Shown here piece after piece: positions 16,697-25,549 of a stretch of 40,785 bases of DNA. Each line of letters starts with the position of its first letter. Position 1 is the stretch's first letter. The stretch is from a virus (lineage: Duplodnaviria > Caudoviricetes), in the IMG/VR virus record IMGVR_UViG_3300005805_000175, positions 1 through 40,785 of that record; one strand, 5' to 3'. The notes below the pieces were generated by a model, which was not told the origin of the DNA, made no database searches, and saw only the letters and a list, made by a program, of their open reading frames with translations. Position numbers and translations under genes: made by a program.

Positions 16697-19210
16697 CTAG
16701 TCCCCGAAGGTCTCCCATTTCGTGATGATGGCAATCACGGTCATCGGCATGGGGTTAGTCTGCCTGATGTAGATGGAGGTGTTATCGCTGTATCCACTCG
16801 CAAGGGTCAGGTGCTTTTCCCCGGTGAATACGGGAGGGCTGTCATCCATCTTGTCGTTGATATCCCTGGCTGGGATCACGTCGTAGTTGACCCCGTCAGT
16901 TGAGAAATCGCCCCCAAGGCTTTTGTAGAACCTTACACGGGCGCGGTGAGTCCTCTGTTTTCTTCCCTGGGATGTGCCGTCCTGGAGCTGCGCATCGAAC
17001 TTCATTGGCTGAAGTATCGAGGTGTAAGGAAGGCCGACGACCACGGTTTTCGCTGGGTAGTTGAGCGTGATGGATCCGGTTGCATCCACCACCTTGCTAG
17101 GGTGCTGTGATCCATCGGCCAGGATGCTCACGGTCTTCCCTATGAGGTGTGAAAGGCCCGAGATGGTGGCAGTGGGAAATCCGTTGACGATCTTCTTCCC
17201 GCAGTCCACGTAGAACCAGTTGGTCTTGTCTTCTGCATCCAGGTAATTTCGGCAGTTTAAGCTGAAGCTTTCGATGGTTCGCACGGTTGCTCCGTTGATC
17301 GTGCGGTTTACGACCGTCCAGACTTCGTCCTCCGTCCCGTTTCCGTAGATGGTAGCGACGCTCTCAAATAATCCATCTGTGGCGTGCCTGTGCCAACCCA
17401 CGACGGTTTGGTCTCGCTCGTAGGTCATTCCTGTAAGCACTCCATTTCCTGTAATACCCCAGAGAATGGCATCCGGCTGTTGCTGGTAGGCGATCTCTGT
17501 CAGCTCTCCCTTTGTGATGTGCTCCGCGAGCATAGTAAGGTCAGCGGCGACCCATCCGTCCTTCTGGAAGCTGTAGACCAGCTCTCTTATCTTTCGTCCG
17601 CTGCGCTGCACGAAGAGGAGAACGTCGTTCACCAGGGCGGCTCTCATGTATTTGGAGCCATAGGAGCTTTGTCTCCTTGCGATGACATTGCTGGCGCTGA
17701 AGGCTTTCCCTGTGTCGGCGGCTCCTATGGACCATTCATCACCGCTCGTTCCTACAAGCAGCTGCTGCTGGGAGTAGAGCCAGTTGACTCGGTTACCTTC
17801 GGAAGCTGAAAGGGTAAACCGCATAGCGTTTGTATCGAGTGATCCCGTTGTGAAGTCCTCGAAGTCATCGATGGAGGAGCACCAGATGGTGTTTGGCTTT
17901 GCGCTTGTTCCTGCGTAGCAGATGCGCTGCTGATGCATGGAGACCGCTTTTGGATACCCTCTGAAGTCTGAGAATGCCGCTTCGCTCCAGTAGGTGGTCT
18001 TCTGACTAAAGTTGGACCCGAGCGATTTGTTCACAGTGGCTGTTGCGGTCAGTCCATTTGCGTTGACCGTGTTTATTGTGACGGTTCCTCCAACTCGGAA
18101 GTCTCGGCTTTCCAAGACGACACGACCATTGGTGTTGGAGACGTAGTTTAGGATCTGAATCTTGAGCCCTACGCGATTGGTTTCCGTTCCTGTGGAGCTG
18201 ATGTTGCGGTCTGATGTCGACGTCCATTCTCGAATCACCTCCATCGCGGTGATATTCTCCGGGAAGATGGTTGCTGAAGTAGCTCCGCTGTTAGCAACCG
18301 TGTAGGTGTAGGTGTTGGGTCCGGTTACCGTGATAGTAGATAGCCATGTGTCGAATGGCACCCCGCTTCCTCCCACGTAGATACTGTCGCCTGTGGAGTA
18401 CCCATGGGCATTCTGAGTGACGGTTGCAACGGTTCCCGCTCGTGTTGCAGTGGCGATAATGAGCCCCTTGTCCATCGTCGCTTGTGGCGTTCTCAGCAGT
18501 CGGATCGTGGCATTCCAGGTTCCAAAGGTAGTGAGGTCCCAGGTGTCGTTGATATCAATGGTTGTCGACATCCAGTTCCCAGTGATCACTTGGCTTGTTC
18601 CGCTGCTTCGGCGTGGCCATTGGATTCCCCATTGGCTTCCCACGTGGCCGCTTTTGAATATCGGAGTTGATGCCGTCAGGGTGACGTTCCCTTGTGAAGC
18701 GCTGGATGTGATGGTGGTGTCAGTCGTGTTTTCGTCCAGGAGTGGAGGAAAATCCCAGATAACCTTTTCAAACGTCCAGTTATTGTCGGCAATGCGGGAT
18801 AGTTTATGCGGGGGGTAGTTGGCGTGAGCAATGTAGAGCACGTCGTTGATCTGGCAGAACTGAAGCTCTTTGAGGTCTGCTTCTAGGTATGGCGTGGTTA
18901 CTTCCAGGATCCCTCCCCCAGCGGCCATGACGGGCGCTCTGTTCGCCCAGAACCTCATGTAGAGGTATCCGATCTCGATTACGAACCTAGTGGTCGTGGA
19001 GAAGTTGAAACCAAGAAGGCGGCTTGTTCTGTTGGGGTATTTTGTGGCTCCCAGGTACTCGAGTCCTGGTCGGCGGTTGACACCCCCATATGTCATGATG
19101 ACGAAGTTCTGAAGGGTCGCGCATCCGCTCTTGTATTTATCCAGGGAAGTCCTGGCATCCAGCATCGGCGAGAGTTCGCCTGCGTTGAAGCTCTGGAGGA
19201 GTTCAATCAT
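16697..19210 (-). CDS. Tail tubular protein B / nozzle
   Basis: SFNAGELSP.L..R.....Y, GG..RRPG, GYP..V..HQQR, Q.V.GWHRH, GLSHL.GKTV..LADG. Confidence 0.92.
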   Translation of the reverse strand: MIELLQSFNAGELSPMLDARTSLDKYKSGCATLQNFVIMTYGGVNRRPGLEYLGATKYPNRTSRLLGFNFSTTTRFVIEIGYLYMRFWANRAPVMAAGGGILEVTTPYLEADLKELQFCQINDVLYIAHANYPPHKLSRIADNNWTFEKVIWDFPPLLDENTTDTTITSSASQGNVTLTASTPIFKSGHVGSQWGIQWPRRSSGTSQVITGNWMSTTIDINDTWDLTTFGTWNATIRLLRTPQATMDKGLIIATATRAGTVATVTQNAHGYSTGDSIYVGGSGVPFDTWLSTITVTGPNTYTYTVANSGATSATIFPENITAMEVIREWTSTSDRNISSTGTETNRVGLKIQILNYVSNTNGRVVLESRDFRVGGTVTINTVNANGLTATATVNKSLGSNFSQKTTYWSEAAFSDFRGYPKAVSMHQQRICYAGTSAKPNTIWCSSIDDFEDFTTGSLDTNAMRFTLSASEGNRVNWLYSQQQLLVGTSGDEWSIGAADTGKAFSASNVIARRQSSYGSKYMRAALVNDVLLFVQRSGRKIRELVYSFQKDGWVAADLTMLAEHITKGELTEIAYQQQPDAILWGITGNGVLTGMTYERDQTVVGWHRHATDGLFESVATIYGNGTEDEVWTVVNRTINGATVRTIESFSLNCRNYLDAEDKTNWFYVDCGKKIVNGFPTATISGLSHLIGKTVSILADGSQHPSKVVDATGSITLNYPAKTVVVGLPYTSILQPMKFDAQLQDGTSQGRKQRTHRARVRFYKSLGGDFSTDGVNYDVIPARDINDKMDDSPPVFTGEKHLTLASGYSDNTSIYIRQTNPMPMTVIAIITKWETFGD

Positions 19211-19216
19211 GGCAAA

Positions 19217-19816
19217 TTATCCGATAGGGCTGATCATGCGGCTTGTTACCAGACCGCTGTGAACCCAGAGGTCTTTCGTCTTTGGGCGTCCCTCCATGGC
19301 GTCGATCTTCCTGGCAAGTGGTCCCGTGACCCTTGCGTACTCCTGCAGCGCTCCGTCCCCGAGGGACTGGGAGCCTGTCAGGGGCCTGGCTATCTTGCTT
19401 GCGAGCTTGAGAGAAAGAGCTTCGATGAAGATCGTATCGAAGATGGAAACGTCCGTGATCCTGTAGATGTATTTGATTTCCGCTTTGCTCTCGTTGGTGA
19501 GCAGCTTGTCTCCTTCAAGCTCGAAAAGGTCGAGCGGTTCCCAGGCATCCCACGAGTTAAGCTGGCAGAGGCGTAAAAAGTCGTTAGGGAGCTGGTATTG
19601 CAGATCCCATCCGAATGCCGGCGGGTCCGCTAGGGCGGTGAGGGTTGTCCTGGCTGTTGCAAAGTTCCAGGCGTGAGAGCGTAGAACCTCATCCCTGGTC
19701 TGGCTGTAGAAGAGCTTGCAGTATCTGGCGCTCTGGCTGGCGTCGTTTAGGCTCATGATCCGCTCGTCACCGATGCGTCCTAGCGCCAGGTTGCAGATAG
19801 AGGTTTCGTCGGCCAT
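19217..19816 (-). CDS. Tail tubular protein A / adaptor
   Basis: ICNLAL..IG...I.SL, H.WNFA, YQLPNDFLR. Confidence 0.92.
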   Translation of the reverse strand: MADETSICNLALGRIGDERIMSLNDASQSARYCKLFYSQTRDEVLRSHAWNFATARTTLTALADPPAFGWDLQYQLPNDFLRLCQLNSWDAWEPLDLFELEGDKLLTNESKAEIKYIYRITDVSIFDTIFIEALSLKLASKIARPLTGSQSLGDGALQEYARVTGPLARKIDAMEGRPKTKDLWVHSGLVTSRMISPIG

Positions 19817-19824
19817 GTGGGAAT

Positions 19825-19851
19825 AAAAAATGGAGCCGGTCTTTCCCGGCT
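19825..19851 (-). terminator. Intrinsic terminator after the capsid genes
   Basis: Minus strand AGCCGG-GAAAGA-CCGGCT-CCA-TTTTTT. Confidence 0.6.
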
Positions 19852-19889
19852 GTCACCGTTTTGAAGGGTTCGGTTTCCCTGTGCGGCCT

Positions 19890-20351
19890 TTAGGACAGGA
19901 CCGTGTATTCGATGATGAATGCGACGTTCCGGCCTGCGGTGACGCTGCCGCTGCTCAGGGCGAAGTTCGCAGTGAGCATCTGCGTCGCAGCGGTGACCCT
20001 GAATGGCTGGCCGGTAAACGTTGCCGGGACCAGGGTCCCGACCGTTGTTGCGGCAGTCACCAGGGAGACGGAGGTGGCGGAGTAGCGGCTGGAGTTGACC
20101 GCATCCCCAATACCGGAGATGGCTGTTCCGGTTCCACCCAGGGCTTCGCTGGTGATACGAATTGAGGTCACCACGGCTCCGATGGGGAGCATTGTGATGC
20201 GGATCACGTCGTTGTTCACTTCGGCTCCTGTGGTGGTGTAGACAGCCCATGCGGCCCTGATGTTTCCACTTTCCCGTCCGCCGTCGCGGTTGCGGTTGGC
20301 GAGGAGACCGGACACTTGGTTAGCGGCCAGGTCTGAGTTGTAAGTAGGCAT
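19890..20351 (-). CDS. Capsid-associated (decoration/cement-like) protein
   Basis: Directly downstream of the major capsid gene; DVIRITMLP.GA.V motif; T/A/G-rich. Confidence 0.75.
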   Translation of the reverse strand: MPTYNSDLAANQVSGLLANRNRDGGRESGNIRAAWAVYTTTGAEVNNDVIRITMLPIGAVVTSIRITSEALGGTGTAISGIGDAVNSSRYSATSVSLVTAATTVGTLVPATFTGQPFRVTAATQMLTANFALSSGSVTAGRNVAFIIEYTVLS

Positions 20352-20394
20352 TTTAGTATCTCCTTATGTTGGTTGTGCTTAGTCCTGTGATGGA

Positions 20395-21288
20395 TTAGGC
20401 GGTTTCATCGCAGGAGATCTGCACCACTTTCTTCTCTTCGAGGCGGGTGCCACCGAGGAGACCTTTGGTGCGAATCTGGAGCGAGTGACGCAGATCAGCG
20501 CGGATGTCGATCTTCACTTCCTTACCTGCTTCTGCGAGCACGACGCCGGATTTGGCGTAGGCGTAGCAGGTGCGGATGTTGGAAGCGATCGGGAGCAGCT
20601 CGCTGCGGATGAACTTGAATCCGAGGAACTGGTCGATCTTGCCGCTGACCAAGGCCTGCACCTCGTTCCAGTCACGCGAGGTGAACTGGGTAGAGCGGAG
20701 CAGGTTCTGGAGCTGCTTGGCCGACACCACGATGATGCGCTGGTCGTCATCATCCACCTCGTTCGAGTCGAAGAGGTATTTAGTCTGACGCAGCTTATCG
20801 AGCGTGAGTCCGCTGTTAGCCTGGGCTCCGGATTCCACAAAGTTGACAGCGACAAGCTGCGAACTTGGAAGAGATACGGCGGTTGTGCCATCGCCTGTGA
20901 ACGCCGAGCCTCCGAGGGCGTTGATCAGAATCTGATCGAGCGTCCTGGCGTAGGCAGCAGCGTGGGATTCGACCGTCTGCGAGGTAGGCAGGACGACGTT
21001 TCCAAGCAGCACCTCATCGAACTCGTCGAAGATGGCTGTGGAGTCGTATCCTGAGACACGCAGATACCGCTTGGCGGTAGGGATGTCGGTCGGGGTGGTA
21101 GCTCCAGAGCGCGTCGTGATGAGGCTCATGGTGCTGGTGTTGAGTTGGTTGTAGACCTTCTCTTTTCCTTCGATGGAGTCGATCCGCACGTATTCGCGCA
21201 GGCGGCTCATTTTCTGCTGGACCAGGTGGCTCCAGTTCGCGTCGAACTGGGTCACGAAGTGATCCGGGATATTCGTCATGTTGGACAT
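20395..21288 (-). CDS. Major capsid protein
   Basis: FVTQF......LVQQK.SRLR, D.....ALVSG.ID.FLGFKFI, G.TRLEEKKVVQI.C.E. Confidence 0.93.
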   Translation of the reverse strand: MSNMTNIPDHFVTQFDANWSHLVQQKMSRLREYVRIDSIEGKEKVYNQLNTSTMSLITTRSGATTPTDIPTAKRYLRVSGYDSTAIFDEFDEVLLGNVVLPTSQTVESHAAAYARTLDQILINALGGSAFTGDGTTAVSLPSSQLVAVNFVESGAQANSGLTLDKLRQTKYLFDSNEVDDDDQRIIVVSAKQLQNLLRSTQFTSRDWNEVQALVSGKIDQFLGFKFIRSELLPIASNIRTCYAYAKSGVVLAEAGKEVKIDIRADLRHSLQIRTKGLLGGTRLEEKKVVQISCDETA

Positions 21289-21433
21289 GGCAGTGGGTTC
21301 CTTTTTGTGTGGTTGGGTTTGCTATCCCCTTGCCTTTCCGGTTCTCCGCACATACGGGCCGCTCGGGTAAGGCAACCGCACAAGAGGCCAAGTTTTTGAG
21401 GCTCGGTTGTCTGCTGTCCTGGTTGTTGGTGTG

Positions 21434-21463
21434 CTGTTACACCCGCTGCATGGTTTCAGTCAA
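21434..21463 (-). promoter_or_regulatory. Candidate late promoter for the capsid gene (contains TTGACTGAAACC)
   Basis: TTGACT-N18-TAACAG in the intergenic region upstream of the capsid leader. Confidence 0.45.
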
Positions 21464-21476
21464 TAGGAAAAGTGAG

Positions 21477-21516
21477 AAAGCCCCACCCCGCCATGAACAA
21501 ACGGGATGAGGCCTCT
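21477..21516 (-). terminator. Hairpin/terminator after the scaffold gene
   Basis: Minus strand GCCTCATCCCG...CGGGGTGGGGC followed by TTTCTCACTTTT. Confidence 0.5.
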
Positions 21517-21549
21517 CGTGTTTTCTCCCCTCCAGGAGAAAGTTTGCGC

Positions 21550-22470
21550 CTATTTTGAAGATTCGCGGTAGAGGTCGCTGACCATCTTCATGACCTGCTT
21601 GTCTCCTGCCCAGTAGCGCTCGTAGTAGGAGTTGCTCTTGTTGTTGACGATATCGTCGGCCTTCATCTTTCCTGGCTGAAGGGATGGCGCAACGTCACCG
21701 TTGATGAGCTTGTCGTCGCTGAGTTGGGCTGCAAGGCGCTGGATGATCGTCACAACACCTGGATCGCGAAGCCCTGGGCTTTGTAAGTTCCCCCCGACCG
21801 TCTGAATGGCTCGTGTGGCGATGTTGATGTTCTTCTGGAAGTCGGCACCCCAATCCTTCTTTAGGGTTTCCTCTCCCTGCTTCAGCTCGGCTTCCAGGAG
21901 GCCCATGGTTTCAGTCAAGCGAAGGGCTTCCTGCTGGACGTTAGCTGCGGCCAGTTCCTTGAGGGCTGCTTCTGGGATGTTGTACTTGTGTGCGATGGCT
22001 GCGTAAGGCTTCACAAGCTCCTCGCTCCAGGTCACCCCTTCGGGGAGCTTCTCCGGGGCTATCTTGTATCCTTCTGGAGTCTCAGGGACTCCGATCTTCT
22101 TGCGGTAGGCGGCGATCTCCTCTGGCTTGGCGTCGGGATCGGGGATGTAGGTGGCGTTGGCCTTTTTCCCTAGGGTTTGCTCTAGGTGTCGGTAGCTTTT
22201 GGCTAGGTCTGGCAAGCTCTGGAACTTGGAAAGGCTGGGCTTGGCGTCCTTCAGATCCTCTGGGATGCGGTCGAGCCATCCTTCGGTGAACTTCCCATCG
22301 GCTCCGATCCATGGGGTATCGCCCCCTGCTCCTGGTGCGCCTCCTGCTCCTTGTTCTCCTCCGGTTGCTCCGGTGAGAAGGGTTGATCCATCGGGCTCTC
22401 CTGCTCCTCCTCCTGCGCCTGCATCGGCGTTGAGGAAGATCATCGTGTACTTGTGTTTGAATCGGTTCAT
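21550..22470 (-). CDS. Capsid assembly scaffolding protein
   Basis: LAKSY..LE..LG, G.PETPEGY, LKKDWG.DF motifs; between portal and capsid genes. Confidence 0.88.
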   Translation of the reverse strand: MNRFKHKYTMIFLNADAGAGGGAGEPDGSTLLTGATGGEQGAGGAPGAGGDTPWIGADGKFTEGWLDRIPEDLKDAKPSLSKFQSLPDLAKSYRHLEQTLGKKANATYIPDPDAKPEEIAAYRKKIGVPETPEGYKIAPEKLPEGVTWSEELVKPYAAIAHKYNIPEAALKELAAANVQQEALRLTETMGLLEAELKQGEETLKKDWGADFQKNINIATRAIQTVGGNLQSPGLRDPGVVTIIQRLAAQLSDDKLINGDVAPSLQPGKMKADDIVNNKSNSYYERYWAGDKQVMKMVSDLYRESSK

Positions 22471-22491
22471 GTCGTGCTTTGGTTTGGTGTT

Positions 22492-22749
22492 TTAGTTGTA
22501 GATTTCTCCGTCCAGCTCCAGTCGGCGCTCGTGGTAGCGCTGCTTGAATTGGTCGGGGAAATAGTCCCGAAGCCATCGGGCAAAGGCTGGAGTGCGATCT
22601 CCGAGGTGGGGATCCTGGGGAGGTTCGCTTGGGATCTCTCTTTTTGGCTTGGAAGTGGTGGCAGGGGCGGGAGTCGAACCCGCAATCTCCAGGTTATGGG
22701 CCTGGCGACTTACCGTTTGTCCACCCTGCGTTGATTTTTTACTCTTCAT
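22492..22749 (-). CDS. Small hypothetical head-operon protein whose 5' coding part is the tRNA
   Basis: The ATG at 22749 overlaps the end of the upstream gene. Protein-like C-terminus PPQDPHLGDRTPAFARWLRDYFPDQFKQRY. No in-frame ATG/GTG/TTG between the tRNA and that segment. Confidence 0.55.
   Translation of the reverse strand: MKSKKSTQGGQTVSRQAHNLEIAGSTPAPATTSKPKREIPSEPPQDPHLGDRTPAFARWLRDYFPDQFKQRYHERRLELDGEIYN
22656..22730 (-). tRNA. tRNA-Met(CAT), initiator-like, 75 nt, encoded CCA
   Basis: CGCAGGG TG GAC-AAACGGTAA-GTC G CCAGG-CCCATAA-CCTGG AGATT GCGGG-TTCGACT-CCCGC CCCTGCC A CCA gives a full cloverleaf with a C1xC72 mismatch and A11:U24. Confidence 0.88.
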
Positions 22750-23071
22750 CTTTCTTGACCCTGGCTTTTCTCTTTTTCCCATCTCCTTCGCTGGCGATAG
22801 GGAGCGAGAGCGCTTTTTGGATGTGGAGTTTGATGGATCGTTGTCCGTCTCGGATGGCTGCGTGGATGGGGTCATAGGATAGTCCCTGGGTACCTTTATC
22901 CAGGGGGAGGAATGCTGGCTGCGACATGCCGAACTTGGCTTCCAGGTCTTCTAGCACCAGCTTGCCTTCTGGCGTGTTGAAGGTCCGGTGATAGGCGTTG
23001 ATCAGTCGCTGTGCAGCAATCGCCCTGAGATTGAGTTCTGCGTTGTCGTCCGGCTGGATCGGTTCGCTCAT
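22739..23071 (-). CDS. Small conserved protein downstream of portal (Bbp19-like)
   Basis: Y..TF.TPEGK.VL.DL...F ... DGQRS...I motif. Confidence 0.8.
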   Translation of the reverse strand: MSEPIQPDDNAELNLRAIAAQRLINAYHRTFNTPEGKLVLEDLEAKFGMSQPAFLPLDKGTQGLSYDPIHAAIRDGQRSIKLHIQKALSLPIASEGDGKKRKARVKKDEE

Positions 23072-24762
23072 ACGGTTGGCATTCCTGGGGTTGTCCCGAG
23101 CTGTTGAGCGATCATGCTGTCGTTCTTGATGCTCCCTGCTTTTGCGAGGGCTTCAGCGGCCTGTTGAGCTTGTGCGATCTGCTCCTGCTGCTGCATGGCT
23201 TGCGCTCTTGCCTCTCGGTTCTGGTTCACCAGGTCCATGTCCCGTATCCACCTGGCAGGCATTCCCTCGTTGCGTGCAAAGTCACGGCTTGCCTGGTCAA
23301 AGTCGATATTGTCCAAGACGTCCGGCTGGATCTGTGAAATCGGCAGGAAGGTGGAGAGGAATCGTGTGAAGGAGACGTTTTCCAGCGCTTTGATCGCGAG
23401 CGCAATCCGGGAGCTGTAGCTGATCTGGGGCTCTGCTATGCTGATCCCGGCGTGGTCTTGCTGGAGTACCTCCTGGGGCGGCGGCGGGAAGTATCCAGCG
23501 GTGATCAGGAGGGTAAAAGTGCGCTTGAGGATCGGTCCGAATAGCTCCGTCGTCATTCGTGCAAAGGTCGGAGAGAACTGAATAAGCTTTTCGGCTGCTC
23601 TTTCGGACACCTCCGTCGCCGTCATCTGCTTCTGGATCTGAGCGAACATCTGGAAGAGGTCGACGTGAAAGGCATCCTCGATGCTCTTGCGCTTGGTTTC
23701 GCTTCTGGCGACCCCCACGTCATATCGGCCTCCTGTGGCCCATTCCTTGGGGATTGCTGTTGGGTTGGTGGCGTCGTAGTAGGTGGCACCGTTAGCTCTG
23801 AAGTCTACCGTCCCCTCCATGGAGTCCGGGATGAGCATGCGAGGGAAGGCCTGCAGCTCGGCTAAGGCATCCATCTGGCGCTCCAAGAAGTTCAGCTGCC
23901 GAGCGTCCGGCAGGGCAATCCAGGATGGGGACCAACCGTAGGCGCTGTTTCCCCATTTAAGGTAACGGGTAGCAAAGGTGGGCATGTCGTCGTACCCAGA
24001 TTCGCGGAGGATGTGCTTGGTTGCTTCCTCGAAGTAGACCGAGGCGATGGGTTTGTTCTTTCCGTCCCGCTTGGTGTGGTCGCAGTCCTGATCGGCGCGA
24101 GGGTAGATCGCATGGGTGATCTTGATCTCTGTATCGAGGTTCTTCCCCTTCGCGTCCTTGTATTTGCTTTGAAGCTCCGGCGAGACGTTCTCGATTCCGA
24201 ATTTGCCCACCACGTTGCGGAGGGTCATCGGCACGCTACGGTAGATCGTATCCACGTAGCCTTCGTCATTTTCCGCGATGCTGTAAGTTCCGCAGGTCAG
24301 TGTGGTGAAGTTGAGGGGTGATTTCTTCCCCTCCTCAAGGTGAAGGGCGGCGGTTCCAAATGCTCCACGGTCGAGATACAACTCGTGGATCTCCGTGTAG
24401 AAGTTCGACTTGGCTAGCTCCAGGATGGCTACTTCCGTGCATGTCCTGTACCACTGCTCGGCCTTGTCGTTGCCTTTGAGGTGTGCGGGGGCATCGTAGG
24501 AGAACCAGCGGCTCTCCATGGGTGTCATCCAGGCTAGCTGTCCGTTGGCTAGGATCTGGTTAGCTCGGATGGCAGTCCCGTCAAAGAGGCGGGTCTGCTT
24601 GCTGACGTTGGGGCTTCCCTGCTTTTGGATGATCTCCGCTTTGCGCGGCATCACGTAGTTGGCGATGTCCTGCCAGAGAACGTCCCAGCTAGACCTTGCG
24701 GCGGCTAGCCTGGAACTTCTTGCAGAGAGTTCGAGCGCTAGCTCTGTGCGGGTATCTTCCAT
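23068..24762 (-). CDS. Portal protein (head-to-tail connector)
   Basis: W...WQDIA.YV.P, FGTA, YG.SP...ALPD...LN, MTATEV.ER..EK. Confidence 0.95.
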   Translation of the reverse strand: MEDTRTELALELSARSSRLAAARSSWDVLWQDIANYVMPRKAEIIQKQGSPNVSKQTRLFDGTAIRANQILANGQLAWMTPMESRWFSYDAPAHLKGNDKAEQWYRTCTEVAILELAKSNFYTEIHELYLDRGAFGTAALHLEEGKKSPLNFTTLTCGTYSIAENDEGYVDTIYRSVPMTLRNVVGKFGIENVSPELQSKYKDAKGKNLDTEIKITHAIYPRADQDCDHTKRDGKNKPIASVYFEEATKHILRESGYDDMPTFATRYLKWGNSAYGWSPSWIALPDARQLNFLERQMDALAELQAFPRMLIPDSMEGTVDFRANGATYYDATNPTAIPKEWATGGRYDVGVARSETKRKSIEDAFHVDLFQMFAQIQKQMTATEVSERAAEKLIQFSPTFARMTTELFGPILKRTFTLLITAGYFPPPPQEVLQQDHAGISIAEPQISYSSRIALAIKALENVSFTRFLSTFLPISQIQPDVLDNIDFDQASRDFARNEGMPARWIRDMDLVNQNREARAQAMQQQEQIAQAQQAAEALAKAGSIKNDSMIAQQLGTTPGMPTV

Positions 24763-24767
24763 GAGGC

Positions 24768-25202
24768 TTAGCCTAGGAGCGTTCTGCTTCCCGTGGCTGA
24801 GTTGCCTGGCTGATTGCTTTCTCCGGCGAGTAGCGTCCTGGACATGCCTCTGCGTCGGCTCTGTTGGCGCGCCATGTCAGCTTGTTGCGCGGCTGCGTCG
24901 CTTGCGCTCGTGGTGGCCGGAGGGGGAATCGGGTCAGGGGTGGGGATAGGCTGTGGAGCTGGGACAGGAGGGGGTGTCCATGCTGCTGCTGCTTGCTGCT
25001 GTGGCGCTGCTTGCTGCCGTTGCTGTGCGTAGTTGTTATTTGTTTTTTTCTTTCCTCCAAAGGAAAACACAGCAAGCGATGGCTTCTCTTCGCTGGTTTC
25101 AGTCAAGTGGTGAAAGTCACTGATCCCGGCGTACTCAAGACGAGGCCATGGGCAGAGGAATGGTTCGAGGAGGATTCGTAGGAGGTTGAGAAGAGTCTGC
25201 AT
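24768..25202 (-). CDS. Small virion-associated protein upstream of portal
   Basis: FGGKK, Pro-rich linker, RRRG...TLL and a TLLG ending typical of this position; start uncertain. Confidence 0.75.
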   Translation of the reverse strand: MQTLLNLLRILLEPFLCPWPRLEYAGISDFHHLTETSEEKPSLAVFSFGGKKKTNNNYAQQRQQAAPQQQAAAAWTPPPVPAPQPIPTPDPIPPPATTSASDAAAQQADMARQQSRRRGMSRTLLAGESNQPGNSATGSRTLLG

Positions 25203-25549
25203 AATGTTCGGGTGAGCTGATCGGTTCGGTGAAAGCGCAGGCGGTTTTTCCTGGCCCATGCTGTGAGGGGTAATGCATAGGGAGGTTCTGTCAAATGTTT
25301 TTTGACTGAAACCATCGTCCCGGCAGCTATCCAGACCATCCAGGCGTCCTGTTCATAGGGCTCGAAGGCCTTCCACGGGTCGGATACGTCCTCATCTGAT
25401 GCGAGAGAGGAAACTGGTCGCGCCATGAGGAAGCAGTCCGGTGTGCTGAAGACGTAACCTCCGAGCAGATGTGCCTCCAGATCCTCTCGGAAGGTGCGCG
25501 GCTGTGGGTAGCGCTGGTAGAGGCTGGCGGCGATTTCTACGGGGGTCAT
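25103..25549 (-). CDS. Hypothetical phage protein
   Basis: ATGA-coupled to terL; GYVFSTPD.F.MARPV motif. Confidence 0.75.
   Translation of the reverse strand: MTPVEIAASLYQRYPQPRTFREDLEAHLLGGYVFSTPDCFLMARPVSSLASDEDVSDPWKAFEPYEQDAWMVWIAAGTMVSVKKHLTEPPYALPLTAWARKNRLRFHRTDQLTRTLCRLFSTSYESSSNHSSAHGLVLSTPGSVTFTT

Noticed and set aside
22656-22730. tRNA as the integration-site remnant
   Set aside because: It lies mid-prophage, has no duplicated 3' fragment, and the att repeats map to gcvP.
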